A stretch of DNA of 62,830 nucleotides, the filler included, from Octopus bimaculoides (Eukaryota), in the NCBI RefSeq assembly GCF_001194135.2. It is 6 parts of 5 records of this genome, joined end to end, with 100 filler letters (N's around TTAATTAATTAA, not from the genome) between each part and the next. Parts side by side here need not be neighbours in the genome. Positions count along the whole stretch, not along the records: positions 59,614 to 62,830 come from NC_068987.1; 5 more parts are not named here. One strand, 5' to 3'. The position numbers were made by a program, and so were the translations under genes. The notes under the pieces are model-generated. The model was not told the origin of the DNA. It did not search any database and was given only the letters and a program-made list of their open reading frames with translations. Positions 61,845 through 62,830 of this stretch are shown piece after piece (within the stretch, counting starts at the first letter, position 1; each line of letters begins with the position of its first letter).

Positions 61845-62130
61845 GCCAATGATTTCAAGGGAAGGTATTCCCAGCACATGCACTCATTCAGATTCAGGAA
61901 TAGAGAGTACTCCACTTTCTTGTCGCGCTTTCTTTGAAGACTCCATGACCTCCAAGATGAAACACCCAGCATCAAGTGGACTATTATTGACAGGGCATCA
62001 CCATATTCATCAGCTCTGCCTCTGCAAAAACTGCAAGTCATCTACCAATCTGCAGTATCTATCAACAAGAAATACAATCTATCCTATTGTTGCCACTAGT
62101 TGTGTACCCTTCAGGTAAATTTCACCAACT
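61845..62130 (+). mobile_element. Penelope-like element, GIY-YIG endonuclease C-terminal fragment
   Basis: Frame from 61845: ANDFKGRYSQHMHSFRFRNREYSTFLSRFL*RLHDLQDETPSIKWTIIDRASPY, resembling the PLE FK.RY..H..SF...ST.LS..IW.LK....IKW.II.RA.PY pattern. Confidence 0.65.
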
Positions 62131-62830
62131 AACCCCCATGAGCAGCACTGCAAATCACCAATCTCCAATGATTCTGCATGCTTATCTATCTGTATACATT
62201 CATCCCTTGTACATAACCACACAAGTATATATACATGTGCGTGCATGTGTGCACACATGTGTACAGCTGAACACTGCATGCATACACACAGATATATACA
62301 CACACATGCACCCATGTGTGTTTGTGTATGTGTTCATGCACATGCATATACTCATATTTGTATCTATACTATAATGGAGAAAGCTGCTTATTAACTAAGT
62401 ACATAACAGTTACTAAAAGTGCTAAAAGAAAGCAATTATTAAAGGGTTGACCATCTGGAGATATTTTTATAAATTCATGTTGTAAGAAATTTCCTATAAT
62501 TTCAATTTCTCAAGTTTATTGAACTTTTTAACTTCAATTTCTTGCGAATTTAAATATTCATTGTGTCCAATTCATCATAAATTTAAATATTCATTGCATT
62601 CACTGCAGAGTATTCCATTTTCATTTGCAGAGTCTCTCACTTTCTCTTTTAAGTTTTAATTCACTATAAATGTATACATAATATAAAAAATTATTTATTG
62701 GATGAAAATTTTTCAAAATACCTGTATAACTTTTGAACGCGGGATAGCTGTGAGAAGAGCTTAGAAAGTTGGGTAATTACTATTAGAAGAGGAGAAGAAA
62801 AAAAGTTACTGACAAGTACTTGAAACTTGC

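Noticed and set aside
265-62374. Most ORFs in the supplied track (YIYI, CVCV, HTHT, MYVC, LSLS, poly-X)
   Set aside because: They are translations of microsatellites, SINEs or N gaps, with no protein signal.

Overview
This is AT-rich, microsatellite-dense eukaryotic DNA. The repeat families look like octopus/cephalopod ones (inferred from recognition, not a database match). No host protein-coding exon can be supported with confidence, so the window reads as intronic/intergenic; nearly all listed ORFs are translations of (TA)n/(CA)n/(TATG)n repeats or N gaps. Retroelements: three tRNA-type SINE families (A, B, C here) in dozens of copies, RTE-type 3' tails, an RTE-like LINE fragment, four fragments of an R4/Dong-like RLE LINE and a Penelope GIY-YIG fragment. 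DNA elements: a full-length decayed DD37D (maT) transposon plus a second fragment, a Merlin-like deletion derivative with 8-bp TSD, two TA-flanked MITEs, a HINE-like element and a long foldback. The best leads are a type I hammerhead-ribozyme motif (3188-3227, minus), a pri-miRNA-like 34-bp hairpin (55596-55676) with a second hairpin nearby sharing a loop heptamer, a 124-bp near-perfect palindrome (13738-13861) and a promoter-like motif cluster (~23.5-23.9 kb). Five artificial 44N-TTAATTAATTAA-44N spacers split the window into six pieces. SINE/LINE boundaries are approximate (about +/-10 bp).
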